Shown: in pieces, positions 32,096-49,684 of the stretch
Layout: each line of letters begins with the position of its first letter
Numbering within the stretch: position 1 is the first letter of the stretch
Source of the DNA: the human T2T-CHM13v2.0 reference genome, Homo sapiens
Direction: 5' to 3' (one strand)
NCBI RefSeq assembly: GCF_009914755.1
Contig: NC_060925.1
Length of the DNA: 64,000 nucleotides
Notes under the pieces: generated by a model
Told to the model about the DNA's origin: nothing
What the model saw: only the letters and a program-made list of their open reading frames with translations
Database searches by the model: none
Position numbers and translations under genes: made by a program

Positions 32096-33489
32096 CTTCA
32101 CGTGCACTTTTTAGAAATCATTTATAAGTAAATAGACTGTGTCGTATGGTACTCATTCCATGTAGCTCTCTCGTTTTTCTTTTTTTAATTTCAGATTATG
32201 TCTTGTATTACGGAAATCATTCAATTTTTCACCAGAGAATAAGGTGAGTTTCTTGAAGTTGTTGAATAATTCTGTTTCTTTCAAGTTATGTTTTCTTTTT
32301 GTGTTAGTCTTATAGAAGGAGTGCTTTAAGCACACAGCTCAAGTTAAAAAAAAGTCTAAATGGGATAACTGCTTTTGGCAATGACCAGGAGAGGAAAATC
32401 TGGAATGGATGGTAGAAGAGAGAGATGATGAATATCAATTATGGCCTTGAGACAAGTTGCAGGAGTGAAGTCTGGGGCGTGTGCTGTTAACTCCTGTGTG
32501 TTAGGTCCTTTATAAATTGCAGCTGGTCACTAACATGAAGAATTGACAACGGATTGAGTTTAATGTAGGGCACAGTGATCAGAGTGGTGAAGGGGTGAAC
32601 TGTATCAGATGCATGTGATGCACTGACTCATTCTGTCAAACTCTCTTCTCATCTCAGTTGTGGCAGTGCTGGGCAGTTCAAAGGAGGCCTGGACTCATCT
32701 CAGGCTTATAGCATGTTGTATTAGGTAATAAACCTGTATCTGCATAAGAGATTACAGGGTTTATGGGATTGGTATACCCACTCTGTAACCTGTCCCTCCT
32801 GGCCTCTCTCAAACATGCTGAGCATGTTCATATCTTAGGCCTATACACCTGCTGTTCCTTTTGCTACTTATGCTGTTTCTCCAGATATCCAGGCGACTTC
32901 CCCCCTTACTACTTTAGGTCTTCCCTGAACTGCCACCTCATTGATGCTATTTCTGTTCCCCTGTGTCAAATTGCTATATTCTAAATTGACAGCTCTTTCG
33001 CTCCCTTATCGCTGCTTCACTTTTCTTCATGAGAGTTGTGGTTATTTGATATTCTGTATGTTTTACATTTTTGTTTATTACTTGCTAGAATGTTTTGTCC
33101 CTTGAAGGCAGATATTTTTTGTCTAACTGCTTAATCCTCTCTAGCACCTCAAATCAGTGCCTGACACATAATGAGCCTTTAATAAGTATTTGTTAATTGA
33201 ATAAATCAAAACTGTGGAAGTGAACATGTTGGTTCGTTATGCTCATTTTCAAGATTTTTGAGATATGTTATAGAATTTTCCTCTGTAAATATATGCAGTC
33301 CCTCCCACTCCTTCAAGTGTTTATCACGTCTTTCACCTCCTCCCCCACCAGGTGGAATCAGTATTTTTAATCTTACCTCCATTAATAGGTATAAAATGAC
33401 ATGTTTTCTAAATAAGCAGTTTTAACATTTCAACTCAAAAAGAATATATATTTAGATAACTATCTTTTTTTTTTAGTAAATAATGATTA

Positions 33490-33957
33490 TTTTATTTTAT
33501 TAAAAATTTTTTTTTATTATTATACTTTAAGTTTTAGGGTACATGTGCACAATGTGCAGATTAGTTACATATGTATACATGTGCCATGCTGGTGTGCTGC
33601 ACCCTTTAACTCGTCATTTAGCATTAGGTATATCTCCTAATGCGATCCCTCCCCCTCCCCCAACCCCACAACAGTCCCCAGAGTGTGATGTTCCCCTTCC
33701 TGTGTCCATGTGTTCTCATTGTTCAATTCCCATCTATGAGTGAGAACATGCAGTGTTTGGTTTTTTGTCCTTGTGATAGTTTACTGAGAATCATGATTTC
33801 CAATTTCATCCACGTCCCTACAAAGGATATGAACTCATCATTTTTTATGGCTGCATAGTATTCCATGGTGTATATGTGCCACATTTTCTTAATCCAGTCT
33901 ATCATTGTTGGACATTTGGGTTGGTTCCAAGTCTTTGCTATTGTGAATAGTGCCGCC
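33490..33957 (-). mobile_element. Young L1PA 3' end fragment
   Basis: ORF2 C-terminus 33723..33959 + 3'UTR + AT-rich tail. Confidence 0.9.
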
Positions 33958-34173
33958 ACATTTTTATCTTGTAGTATATAGGCTTCCTTGAGGCGATGAA
34001 GCCTGAGTTAGATAGAAGGAAAATGCATTTGGTATCTACTACATGGTAGTCATTGTGCTAAATTCTTTACAGGTGTTATTAGTTAATTCCATTCTTCAGT
34101 ACAGGCTTATGATGTAGGTAGTATTATTTGCATTTTAAAGACTAGTAAATACAGTTTAAATATGTTTAATGGC

Positions 34174-34462
34174 TTTTTTTTATTTTTATTTTTTGAGACG
34201 GTGTCTAGCTCGGTAGCCCAGGATACAATCTCGACTCACTGCAACATTTGCCTCCTAGGTTCCAGCGATTCTCTTGCCTCAGCCTCCCGAGTAGTTGGGA
34301 TTACAAGCATGTGCCACCATGCCTGGATAATTTTTGTATTTCTAGTAGAGACGAGGTTTCACCACGTTGGCCAGGCTGGTCTCAAACTCCTGACCTCAGG
34401 TGATCCGCCCATCTCAGCCTCCCAAAGTGCTGGGACTACAGGCGTGAACCATTGCGCCCGGC
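34174..34462 (-). mobile_element. AluS with TSD TGTTTAATGGCTTTTT
   Basis: TSD at 34163 and 34463. Confidence 0.92.
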
Positions 34463-35134
34463 TGTTTAATGGCTTTTTAATACCAGTTTATCAGGCCACA
34501 AGGCCCTGACAGTTGATTGATTTGAGGTTTCTTCAAATGATGAATCGGCGTGTTTAAGAGGATCAAATTGGGTTCGTAGGTGGTTCTATATTCTGCCAAG
34601 GTGGACTGAAACATTCTGGTGCTATATGTCTCTCTCTTTACTCTTTCTAACTGTGAAGTCTGATTAGTACTTATAAATGAAAAGTCTCAGGCTCTCTTCC
34701 ACTTTTTGTTGTGAGTGAAGGATTTCTGATATCAATTCAGAACAACTTGAAACTGTTTTTATTTTGAACACATGTCAGATTGAAAGTGGAAGCAGGGACT
34801 AGTTCTTCATTTTTGGGAGATAGCCTAGATGTTAAGAAAACTGCTCTTTTCTGTTTATTACGATGAGGTGGGAACAGTTTTTGTGCATTTGGTTTTTACA
34901 TGAGACTGCTTGAAAAATTTTCTAGGGACTTTTTCTTTTAAATGGTGGGTAGACAGAAGCAACATTTCCACTTTCCAGTTTACTTGGTTTGCAGTCTATG
35001 GAATCCTTGTATCCTTCTAATAGATGGTCACAGAACAAATTAATTCATAATTTAGTATTATTATACAATAACTTATGTATGTATGCTTAGTGTTTCAAAG
35101 ATTGTCCCAAATATGAAGAATCCCATGAACAGAT

Positions 35135-35245
35135 TCTGAATTTCAGGTATGGTATGTTTTTATATAAAGCTGCTTTTTACATAAAGAAGACTCTGAATTT
35201 CAGGTATGGTATATTTTTATATTAAGCTGCTTTTTACATAAAGAA
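35135..35245. repeat. Tandem duplication with a 57-bp period
   Basis: TCTGAATTTCAGGTATGGTAT...GCTGCTTTTTACATAAAGAA at 35135 and 35192. Confidence 0.9.
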
Positions 35246-35649
35246 CTCCAGGCAGTATGCTGTAGGGTACACAGCAGCAGAGATCCATTGATTCAGCTGG
35301 GGTTACTTAGTCTCATATAGAACGGAGGCATGACCTGCAAGTTACGAAAATAATGAACCATATTCATGTGTGTGTAAGGAGAACAACGCTCTGTGTGCAC
35401 AGCCCTGGGCTGGATGCTGAGGGTATGAAGACTAATTAGACACAACCACTGCCCTCAGTAGGACTTACTCCAGTGGGTAAGAGTGACTTGCACCCAAATT
35501 ATAAAATCAAAGGATTAGAGAGAATAGGAAGAGAAAAGCACTGAACACTAAAATATGTAGCCTCAGATCACAAATTGGAACATTTGAAACTTTTGCTCAT
35601 GAGGAATTTACCCTGATGTCACTTATGTGAAATGGATTAAATTTTAGAT

Positions 35650-36222
35650 TTCTAAAAAGTGACTTGACAATAAGAACAGACACATAGACCAGTAGAACAG
35701 AAGAGAGAAATCAGAAATAAATCCACATATTATAGCCAACTTATTTTTGACAAGGAGACCAAAAACATACATTGAAGAAAGGACACCCTCTTCATAAATG
35801 GTGCCAGGCAACCATAAAACTATTAATACTAGAGGAAAACATGGGGGAACACTTCAGGACATTGGTTTAGGCAAATATTCTATGGGTAAGACTTCAGCAA
35901 TGCACCCAACAAAAGCAAAAATAGACAAATGGGACTTTGGTACTTAAGTGATCCTCCTGCCTTGGCCTCCCAAAGTGTTGGGATTACAGATGTTGAGCCA
36001 CTGTGCTTGGCCCCATAATAGACTTGTTTCTAAGATCCACTCCTTTTCCATTCTAGCAGAACAAGAGCCTAATTTTTTTAATTTTTATTTTTAAGTTCCA
36101 GGGTACATGTGCAGGATGTGCAGGTTTGTTACACAGGTAAATCTGTGCCATGGTGGTTTGCTGCACCTATCAACCCATCACCTAGGTATTAATCCCAGCA
36201 TGCATTAGCTATTTTTCCTAAT
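35650..36222. mobile_element. Patchwork of an L1 ORF2 fragment (+), an Alu fragment (-) and an L1PA 3' end (-)
   Basis: Recognisable L1 and Alu subsequences. Confidence 0.65.
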
Positions 36223-36793
36223 GAAGAGCCTGATTAAAAATATAAAACCTTGGTACCTAAACCTCAGAGTCCTCCAAATACATAATTTAATTTAAGCTGC
36301 ATGCCTCTGTTTTTTTTGTGTGTGTATGTGTCATCTATTTTGCTGTAGAGTTTCCAAACCAACTGTGTCTGTGCACTATTTGGAACTCTCACAGGTTTTA
36401 TACAGTTTCCTTTTTTACTTGTAGCAGAACGGTTATTGGGCTGGCATATTATAAAAATGCCAAAAAAAGTTATATGTATTAGTGTCTTGTCCCAAAATTT
36501 CTGATAGAAAGGGAAATATGTGTATTTGTAAGCAGATTTAAAATGACTGTTGAAACAGAGATGGGACTCCAAGAATTTAAGTATCAGCAGAAACCTAAGC
36601 AAGAAAAAATGACTGTTAAATTTCTTTGTGAAAGAAATTTTGTTTGTTTTGAAAAACCAGATAGTGAGTAGAGGGAAGAGGATAGAACATGGGAGAGGAC
36701 TGTTGGGAACTAGCAAGGTAGAAGTGGGCTGGGCTGGGCTATTGTGGAGTGAAGGCTTGTTGTTCTCCTCCAGGTTACGAGATCAAAGAAATC

Positions 36794-36959
<166 letters not shown>

Positions 36960-37544
36960 TAACAAAATCTCCTACGCTCGAATGTACTGTTTCAATTGTC
37001 TTACACTTGGGAGTGAGGGATAGATGAGGCACCATGTCCAGCTCTATCTCAGATTAAACTGCCAGCCCCAAACTGAGAGGTCTTCTTCATCATGATTGGA
37101 AAAGGCATATCGGAAGGGATCAGTCGGTGACACAGCATTTTCTCAGCTAGCCCTGGAAAACCACCCAAACGTCATAGAAATATAAGGGAAATGTCTGCTT
37201 AACCTACTCTTTCTTTTGGGAGGGCATGCAGTTTAGCTATTTGAGTGAGTATTTTGTTTTTGTTCCAATACTTGATTTTAGCAGAGCAAATGAGTCCATC
37301 ATGCATTAGCAAATAAAGTCAGCTCTGAAAGTGAATTCTCAGGGAAGGGAATGGAGGCACATGCTAGAATTCTTGTACTGTTCTAAGTTTGTTATTATGT
37401 CTCATGTGGAAGTCAGAATGTCCTGGAGACTGACTCCTGGTTTGGCTTTGATATAAGCACTGGAAGATGAACAAGAGATGAGGTGGTGGCAAAAAATAGG
37501 GATGATCTTAGACAAACTGAAACACTAAAAACAGCCTAAGTATG

Positions 37545-37655
37545 TTTCTTTTCTTTTTCTTCCTTCCTTCTCCCCTTCCCCTTTCCCTTCCCCTTCCTTC
37601 CTCCCTCCCTCCCTTCCTCTTTCCCTTTCTTTCTTTCTCTCTTTCTCTCTTTCTC

Positions 37656-37715
<60 letters not shown>

Positions 37716-37984
37716 TCCTTCTTTGTCTTGCTCTGTCACCTAGGCATAGTACAGTGGCATGATCTCAGCTCACTGCAACCTCTGCTTCCTGGGCTCAATC
37801 ATCCTCCTATCTCAGCCTCCCAGGTAGCTGGTACCACAGGCACATGGCTAATTTTTGTATTTTTTGTAGAGAAGGGTTTTTGGCATGTTGCCCAAGATGT
37901 CTTGAACTCCTGGGCTCTAGTAATCCATCTCCCATGGCCTCCCATATTGCTAGGATTGCAGGCTTGAGCCACCATGCCTGGCCT
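37545..37984 (-). mobile_element. AluJ with an expanded (CTTT)n/pyrimidine tail (37545-37720)
   Basis: Tetranucleotide run then a diverged Alu. Confidence 0.88.
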
Positions 37985-38094
37985 GCCTCCATACGTTTCA
38001 ATGCAAAAGCACAAATGTTGTATCCATATTAAATAGCTATTCAAGTACACACATACACACACATACAAATGATTATGTGGGAAAGAATATTAAG

Positions 38095-38380
38095 AGATTG
38101 CTGCAGGCCATTATCCTTAGCAAACTAACACAGGAACAGAAAACCAATTACCCCATATTCTCACTTATAAGTGGAGGCTAAATGATGAGAACACAGAGGG
38201 GAACACACACACTGGGCCCTATCAGAGAGTGGAGGGTGGGGTGGAGGGAGAGTATCAGGAAAAATAACTAATGGGCACTAGGTTTAATACCTGGGTGAGT
38301 AAATAATCTGCACTAAAACCCCCCATGACACAAGTTTACCTATGTAACAAACCTGCACATGTACTCCTGAACTTAAAATT
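38095..38380 (+). mobile_element. L1 3' end fragment
   Basis: 'ttctcacttataagtgg...gtaacaaacctgcacatgtac'. Confidence 0.8.
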
Positions 38381-38924
38381 TTTCTTAGAAAGGAAGGAAA
38401 AGAGGAAGATGAAAAGGAGGGAGGGAGGAAAGGGAGGAAGGAAAGAGGGAGAGAGAAAGGAAAGAATGGGAAAAATAAAGAGGAAGAGAAAAATGAAGAG
38501 ATACATCCATACATAGATAACATAATTTTTCTTAACAAAAGTAAAATAAGATTATAAGAATGTGGTCTGTAAATAACACTACTGAGTCAAAAAATTATTA
38601 AATATATGAGTCATGAAAAACCACAATGTGTTACCACTACACATCTGCCAAGTGGAAAAAAGGCAAACTATATTGAGGCTTGATGAGCTTGTGGAGCACC
38701 TAGAATGTTCATATATTACTCATGTAAATATAACTTAGTACCGCTATGAAACTGACAGTATCTTCTAAAGCTGAACATATACATTTATAGAAATCCATTT
38801 CTAAATACACACACACGAAGAACTGAACATCTGTGAACTAAAAGATATGCACAAGAATGCTCATAACACTACTGTAATAGACATAAAAGTGAAAGTACTC
38901 AAATGTTCATCAAGAGTTGAGTGG

Positions 38925-39218
38925 GGCTGAATGTGGTGGCACATGCCTGTAATTCCAGCACTTCGGGAGGGAGGTCAAGGCAGGTGAATCTCTGGAGGCC
39001 AGGAGTTCAAGACCAGCCTGGGCAACATAGTGAAACTCTGTCTCTACTAAAAGTACAAAAATTAGCTGGGTGTGATGGCACACGCCTGTAATCCCAGCTA
39101 CTTGGGAGACTGAGGCACAAGAATTGCTTGTACTGGGAGGCAGAGATTGCAGTGAGCAGAGATTGTGCCACTTCACTCCAGCCTGGGTGACAGGGTGAGA
39201 CTCTTCCTCAAAAAAAAT
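38925..39218 (+). mobile_element. Alu
   Basis: Full Alu body. Confidence 0.92.
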
Positions 39219-39893
39219 AGTTGAATAGATGATTTATGATATAGTCATATAATAAATAAATACTATACAACAATGAGAATAATTGACCTACAGCTAAACA
39301 CAAAAATATTGACCAATCTTGCATTTACTCAATCTTATATTTACGCAATCTACTATTGAGTAAAGGGCACTGGATACTAAAAAATACATATTTTATGATT
39401 TCATTTATATAAAGTACCAAAACAGGATAGTAATCTTCATGAGCTTAGGAGGTGGTGGTAGTCTCTGCTTGGGAGCATGACAAGGGCTTCATGGCAACTG
39501 TTATATTCTGAATTTTCTTTCAGTGCTGGCATTCTGGATATGTTTCATTTGTGCAAATACATAGAGCTATATATTTATGATGCCCACTTTTCTACATGTG
39601 TATTTATGCTCCAAAGTAGTTTACTTAAGTCATCTAACAATATCTAGAAATAAGTCTAACAAAATATGCAAGGACTATACACCATGAACTATGCAGTATT
39701 TCTGAGAGAATTAAAAGGGCTAATAAATGGTAGGACATGTCATGATTAGGGATTGGAAGACTGATTATTTTATGAATCTCATTTCTCCACAAATTTATCT
39801 ATAGATTGAATGTAATTGCAAGACTCATACATAGAACGAGTTGATTTATAGAAACTATAGTGAAAGGATAATCTTTTCAATAAACGGTGTTAG

Positions 39894-41662
39894 TATCATG
39901 GGATTCTTGGGTTATCACTTCACCAGCTGGAAACCTCTGTGGCCAGTGGATCCTTTGCCTGAGTTTTTCTTGGGCTCACTGGGCTTGTTTCACCCCTTCA
40001 GTCTGGCAGGCTGCGCTTGGCTTACGCTACCCTCCTGGATCCCGTGCCTGCCAAGAGTGAGCTGAGTGGGGAGGGGTGTGTGAATGAGTGAGCATGGGGC
40101 CCAGCCACTGCTCATAGCCAGGCATGCTGGCTGTGGCAGGGTGGGCAGCTCCAGGCACTGGCATGGGCGCTGGCTCCCTGCGAGGCTGAAACTGGACCAG
40201 GCGAACCATAAGCAGCTTCCATGGCTGGCACCAGGGAATGCGGTGGTGCCCAGAAGCTTGGAATCACCAGAAAGTGTGAAGCCCCAAAGAGGTTATCACA
40301 GCCCTGGCTTGGGGAACTTCTAGGTCTGGGATCCCCAAAGGGCCACAGCTCTTCTCTCCTTCTCTCTTCTCTCCTTCTCTCTTCTCTCCTTCTCTCTTCT
40401 CTCCTTCTCTCCTTCTCTCTTCTCTCCTTCTTGTTGCCCACAACATGGTGAGCAAGGGGGGTGTTTCAGCCTTGTTTGTGTTACAGCTCTTTCAGCTCTG
40501 CCATTTGGCAAGTCCCTAGTTTTTGTCCTGTGTCCAGGAAGAATGAGGTACCTAGACAAGTGGAGGGTGAGCAAGATAAAGACGAGCTTTTTTGAGCAGT
40601 AGAACAGCTCAGAGGAAACCCACAGTGGGTAGCTTCTCTCCTCAACTGGGATGTCCTGATGAGTGTTCAGCTCTCAGCAGAGAGGAGACCCTGGAGTAGG
40701 TAGCTCCTATCTGCAGCTGGTAGTCCCAATGTCTGCTCAGCTCTCAGCAGAGAGGAGAACCCAGAGGGGGTAGCTCCTCTCCACAGGCAGGTCATTCTGT
40801 CATCTCCTCAAGTCTGGCTGAGCCCAGGGTTTTTATGGGCTTCAGCGGGGAGGAAGTGTGTGCTGATTGGTCCATGGGTGGCCATGGGTGGGCCTGGAAA
40901 AGGCAACATAAGTTCCCACTCTAGTCTGCAGGACTGGCAGCCCAGCTCCCAGGCTTCAGGCCTTCCCTGGCTTGAAGGTGGGGCTTCACCAAGGGCCTAC
41001 CTGTTTCCACCCTGGAGCCTGTCTGCCTCCTGCTGCTGCTTATGTAACCCAGGCTTTTACTGCTGAGGGGTGCCTATAAGCCAGCATTGAGCTGCCCTCA
41101 GCCCGGCCTCAGCCTCCCTCTGGTGCTCGGTGGTGCACAAAGTCTAGACGGGGACAAGGCAGCAGGGGCTAGTGTGTCAGGGCTGCCCTAAGTGTGTGCA
41201 CACCTGGCCAGGTTGCAATAGTACCTAGTCTTGGCCTCAATTTTGCTCCAGATCAGAGCAGGCACAGGAACAGAGAGAGGCCAGGAAACAGGAGCAGGCA
41301 TTTCCAAGCCTGCTGGGACAAGAGGGACTTCCTGGGCCCCTGGGAGTGCAGAGATGCCTGGGTGTGCAGCTGCAGCTTGGGTGGCTGCAGCTGCGGCTTG
41401 GGTGGCTGCAGCTATGCCTGAAGCTCATGCCTGCTCCCACTCCTCAAGAGCACAGGGATGTCCAGGCTTGGAGCCATGGCTGGGCAGCTGCAGCTGCGCC
41501 CAGGGAGCATGAGGCTCCTGCCCTGCCAACTCAGGAGCGGGCTGGCCTTCCACCTGTTTCTGGCTCCCTCCGGCTCCATGGAGCATGCAACCCTGGCCAC
41601 ACCTCCCCAGTGAAGCCAGTGTCATGGCAGCAGCCACTCTAGATGGGCCATGGCTGCCATCA
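39894..41662 (-). mobile_element. MER52-like (ERV1) long GC-rich solo LTR
   Basis: Minus strand starts TGATGGCAGCC...CCCATCT; 4-bp TSD TTAG (39890-39893/41663-41666); internal (TCTCC/TCTCT)n repeat. Confidence 0.8.
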
Positions 41663-42539
41663 TTAGGGCTTTACTATACACATGTTAAAAAGTAATTAAA
41701 CGTGGTTTCTACCCTCCTGACATTAAAAACTGATCAATTCCAGATGGATTATAGATATAGTTGTGGAAGACAAAACAATCAAACTTTTAGAAAAAAGTCA
41801 AAGGCATTATTTTCAGGTTTTCCAAGTTGGGAAATGTGATACAAAACTATTCAGTTTAAATAAAAAATCAATACCTTTAACTATTAAAATTGAGAACTGC
41901 TATTTATCCAAAGATACAATGAAGAGACTGAAAGGCAAAGATTAAAAAAAGACTAAAGATTTAAAAAATTAAATATGTATACACACATGAATGGAATATG
42001 TGAAAAAGTCTCCAAGTAAAGAAAAAAGGACAATTCACTAGAAATAGAAGAAAAGTCTTAAACAGTCTCATCCCAAAGAAGATATCCTAATGAACAGTGG
42101 ACATGAACAGGGGCTCAACTTCGTTAATTATCTCTCATTCTCAAGGAAAAGCAAATTAGACTGTGAATAAAATCTCCATGTACCCACTAGGATGACTACA
42201 ATTCAAAAGGCTGACCTATCCAGGTGAAGATGAGAGTGTGCAGCATTGGAAATTCTTACACATTGCTGGTGAGAGTATAAATGATGACAACTGTATTAAA
42301 AAACTATTTGATATTATCTACTATAAGGTGAAAAATGCATACTATATGTTTAATAATTCCACTCCTAGTTATCTATAGTGAAATATTATTACAGAACCCA
42401 AAAGCTTGCATGAATTTTAACACATAATATTGAGTTAAAGAAGTCAAACAAAAAACAAACCATGGTATATATTTCAGTTTATATAAAGACAAAAAGCAGA
42501 CAATAACAATCTGTGATGTTCCAAGTCAGGTAACATTTC

Positions 42540-43040
42540 TGTGTTAGTATCTGCTATTGCATAAGAAATATGCTCCCAAAGTAGTGACTTGAAACAGCAC
42601 TGATTGTCTCATATTTTCTAAAGTTCACAAGAATCTTTTAGGTAAGGTTTAGCTGTGTCTTCTTGGTGGTTTCTCACAGGCTGCAATCAAAGTGCCTCCT
42701 GGGCTTTAGACATCTCAAGGCTTTTCTGGGGAAGAATCCACTCCTCAAACTCAGTCTCATGGTCATTGGCAGGATTCATTTTATCATTAACTTGTTAGAC
42801 TAAAGTCCTCTGTTCCTTTATGGCTGTCGACTAAAGGTCATCCTCAATTGTTTGCCATGTGAGATTTCTGCCATGATAACTTCCTTCATCAGTATGAGCA
42901 AGCCATGAGAGAGAGAGGGAGATAAAAAAGAAAGGGGAGGAGAGAGAGAGAGTGAGAGAGTGTGTGAGCTAATGAGAAAGAGAGAGACACATAGAGAGAG
43001 AGTAAGCAAGCGATAGAGCACATGGGCTAGCAAGATGGAA
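42540..43040. mobile_element. MLT1-like MaLR LTR remnant
   Basis: 'ctattgcataa...gacttgaaacagc...ggcaggattca' pattern with an (AG)n segment. Confidence 0.45.
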
Positions 43041-44703
43041 ATTTGGATGATGCTATGACTAAGATTCTGAGGGTATTTGCCAAAATTTAGTTCCTTGAAT
43101 TCGTTCCTTACATGATAGTGTGAGAACAGATGTACTTCTCAAAAATCATCCACTGTAAGATTATAATTTAGCTATTATTCCTTTTTTATGTTGTTTTTCA
43201 TTTTATTTTTAAAAAAGTAAAAGTCACCAAGACTGGAGTAGATCTAGAAGGGCGAAAGTGAACACAGTAAATTAGGAGTCTAGTGTGGAATTCCAGGTGA
43301 ATGACAATATGGACTTAGACTAGAAAGGGTGAGGTTCTATTCAACTCTAGATGCATTTCCAATTTAGAGCTAACAGGACTTGCTGTTGAATTGATTTTGA
43401 GGACAGAGAGGAAAATAGGGATCAAGGATGGGGTTAAAGGAATTATATTTACCAAGATAGGGGAGACTGTGGGAGGATGAAGTTTAGGATCACAGGAGAA
43501 ATCAAGAGTTTTGCTTTGGATATGTAAAACTTGAGATTTTTATTGGACATCAGTGTGGGAATGCTAAACAGGCAGTGAAGTTAGAGCCGTAAATTTGGAC
43601 ATGTTGAATAGAGATTTGCTGAAGCCAAGACAGTGGATTAAAGAAAAAAATGGGCTCAAAAACTGAAGAGCTATAATATTTAGAAATTAAGAAGTAGGAA
43701 GAATTCAGAAAAGGAAATTGAAAAAGAATGGCCAATGAGATAGAGAAAAACAAAGACTGTGTGCTACATAAGCAGCCCGAAATATGAAATGCCTGAAGAA
43801 GGAAGGGATGATTATCTTTGTCATATTGCTGAGACATAACATAAGATGAGAATGGAGAATCGACAATTCGGCATATCAGCATGGAACAGGCAGGTCATGA
43901 GAGGGGCTAATTGTGTGGGACACTTGATATTGAGATTATGGAGGGAGGTTTAGTTACTGGTAAAGAAAAGGTTGAAGCTGAGGTGAGATGATAGAAAAGA
44001 CTTTCTCAGAGGTCAAGTAGCTGAGAGGCTGGGGTATTAGATGCTTGTCTACCACATGCAAAAAGTCCCAAAGGTTAATAACAAGAGTAGTGGTAAAGAG
44101 AAGAAGAGTCAGGTGCTAAAATATTCAGTGAATAAAGGGGTTGGGAGATCCAGAATACCTAGAGCAAGGGAGTCGTGAGTAATATAGCCTGATGACATGT
44201 GTTTCACTTTATGTGTTTTGTTGTTTTGTGGGTTTCCAGGAGATTTAGAAGCTAAAGAAAGAGGACAAATGATTTGGAAGCAAAGATAAGAAGGAAGAAG
44301 GGTATGTTATCTACGTCACTTCGAGCTCTGTCACATGAGGAATAATAGAGGAAAAGCAGGGCATTGCCCCTAGAGGGAGGTGCTAGCATCTCTGCCACTC
44401 CTCAGTTTGTGAACTTTCTATGCCTTATTTCATCATCTTCTCAATGAGCACATCAATATCCAATTCATATTGTTTTGTGAGGCTGAATTGAGATAATGTA
44501 CATAGAAGTCTTATCTTATTTTGAACACTGAAAATTTGGTAAAACTTTCCATTAAGTGTTAAATATCAACACATTTCGTAAACATGATATTTAAATATAT
44601 GTTCTTTCTAAAAAGGTTTCCAGAGCATAAAATTTGTAATAAGGTGTGAATGTGTGATCTTTTATGTAGCTATCATTAATATTTTTCATAATTTCTGTTT
44701 TGA

Positions 44704-45035
<332 letters not shown>

Positions 45036-45549
45036 TAAAACATATTTTCAGGATGAGAGAATATACGAAGAAGTTACATAGCATTGTGTATCTGTATAGA
45101 ATAAAAATGATCTAAATCAATGTCATCAGACCATGGCTTTATAGACACCATCTTCTAGTCAAATCACTCATCTGTTTTTACCCAGTACTCATACTGTGGG
45201 AAAAGTGTAGGGGCACAGAACAGTGAACACTTTCGGGAATGTTGGAATCATTCTGTATTAGAATTTTATTCTTATAAAAAATGTTGGTGAATCAGTCTGG
45301 ATTAGGTCATGGAAACAACACACCATCAATCATCACGGAAAGAAGGTGTTTCATGTGGGAATTTTAAGAATATAGGACAAACAGGATGTGGGAGAGATGG
45401 GGTTTCAAGGTCTGATAAGGGAATATTTGGTGGGATAAAGAAATAGTGACGAAGCACTTCAGCCTGAAGAGACTTCTTAGAAACCTATCAGGCCCATATT
45501 TCCTTCTCCCAAAAGGCAAAAATAGTACTTAAGTTATCCTCACCAGGAG

Positions 45550-47810
<2,261 letters not shown>

Positions 47811-48485
47811 TCCCAAGACTCAAGGAGCTGCCGCGCAGCACTATTTTGAAAGCCCAGCCCCCATCAGACTGTATCTTGCTCTGGGGCCCAACAGCCCCAG
47901 CATCTCCACTTCCCTGGAGCCCTGCGGACATCTCTTCATTTCCACCCAGAGGGCTGCAACTTTGTCCCGTGGGCTGAATCCAGTGGTGCAGTAAGGAACA
48001 GGCAGTGCACCACACCAGGGAGACTGCCCCCAGGACAAAGGGAGCCCAAATGCACACTCCTCAGTTTCTGAAAGCCACTTGCCCGGGGCCACTGCCACCG
48101 ACAGCAACCCTCTCAACTTTCCACCCGAAGCAGGGCCACCAAGCATCTGCATGTGCCTCCCATGGTCCTGGAGCTGGTCTGCCCAGACGCAGTTCTGTGT
48201 CCTGAGGACAGGCTCTCACACCACCCGTCACGCAAACATGGTGCCCAGGGCCTGGGGATCATGCTGCCTCAACTGTAGCTGCGGGCGTGTGCCCACAACA
48301 TCAGGAAGTGTGACAGCAGGCCCAGGTCACCTGCCACTGGCACCCAAGCATGCCATCCAGGAGCTTGGTGATTGTTCGGCCCCACTCGCCATAGCCTGCA
48401 CCCTTGCACGCCATTGGAGGGCCTAAGGACGGGAAAGCAACATGCCTCCCTGGAGAGAGCTTGATTCTGTTCTGGCATATGTTAG

Positions 48486-48825
<340 letters not shown>

Positions 48826-49684
48826 AGAATATGGTCTAAATATTAATACTACCAAACTGGGGAGGAAGTAACTTAATTTTGCTGATTTTTCATTTTCTTA
48901 TACTTTATTGGTTTACAAAGAAACCATTATTTGCTTTTAATGGCAGAGTTATTCTTTTCTACTGTGAAGTTACTTCAACTCATAAAAATGTATTTTATTT
49001 ACACCTTTGTAGCAATGGAGCTTGGAAGAAAATATAAAGCATATCTACATGAACATTTCATCTAGTATTCTGTGTTCTCACCTGGTCTTCTATAAAGTTT
49101 CAGTTCAAGTGAAGAAACAGTGCTTGGCAGCACCATGCTCTATTGTGAAAGGAGGCATTTGCCGTGTGATTGGATCACAGGTAGTTCAAGGTAACAAAAG
49201 GCCTCAAAGCAATTAGGAAAGACAGGATTATTAATGTGGATTTAATGGCATTAGCTGCTTCCTTGCTTTTTTCTCACTGTGTTATTTTGAATAACCGCAT
49301 AGTTTTTTCAAGATTGTAATATATATAGTCTAATCCATATGATTTTTATACATGTGAGTAACACAATGCAGGTATATAAAACTCTGACCAATGTTTCTGT
49401 AAAACAGAGTTCTGCAAACTATGGTTTATGGGTGCCATCCTGTTATTGAAAGTAAAAATTGATTGGAACATAGCCACACCTATTGGTTTATGTATTTTCT
49501 ATGGCTGCGTTTGCACTACATGCAGAGCTGAGTAATTCAGACAGAGACTGTATGACCTGCAAAGCCATAAATCGTTACTATCTGGTATTTTACAGAAAAG
49601 ATTACCAGCCATTGCTATAAAGAGTAAAACCTTATTTTCTGATAAAAATAACTGCAAAAAAGAAAATCAGAAATAAGAAGCCTA

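Noticed and set aside
40350-40430. Short periodic repeat resembling an array
   Set aside because: It is a simple (TCTCC/TCTCT)n repeat within an LTR; the DNA is eukaryotic and has no CRISPR-like spacer structure.
39841-41642. Dense cluster of short GC-rich ORFs
   Set aside because: They lie inside the MER52-like LTR, where GC richness suppresses stop codons; there is no coherent protein.
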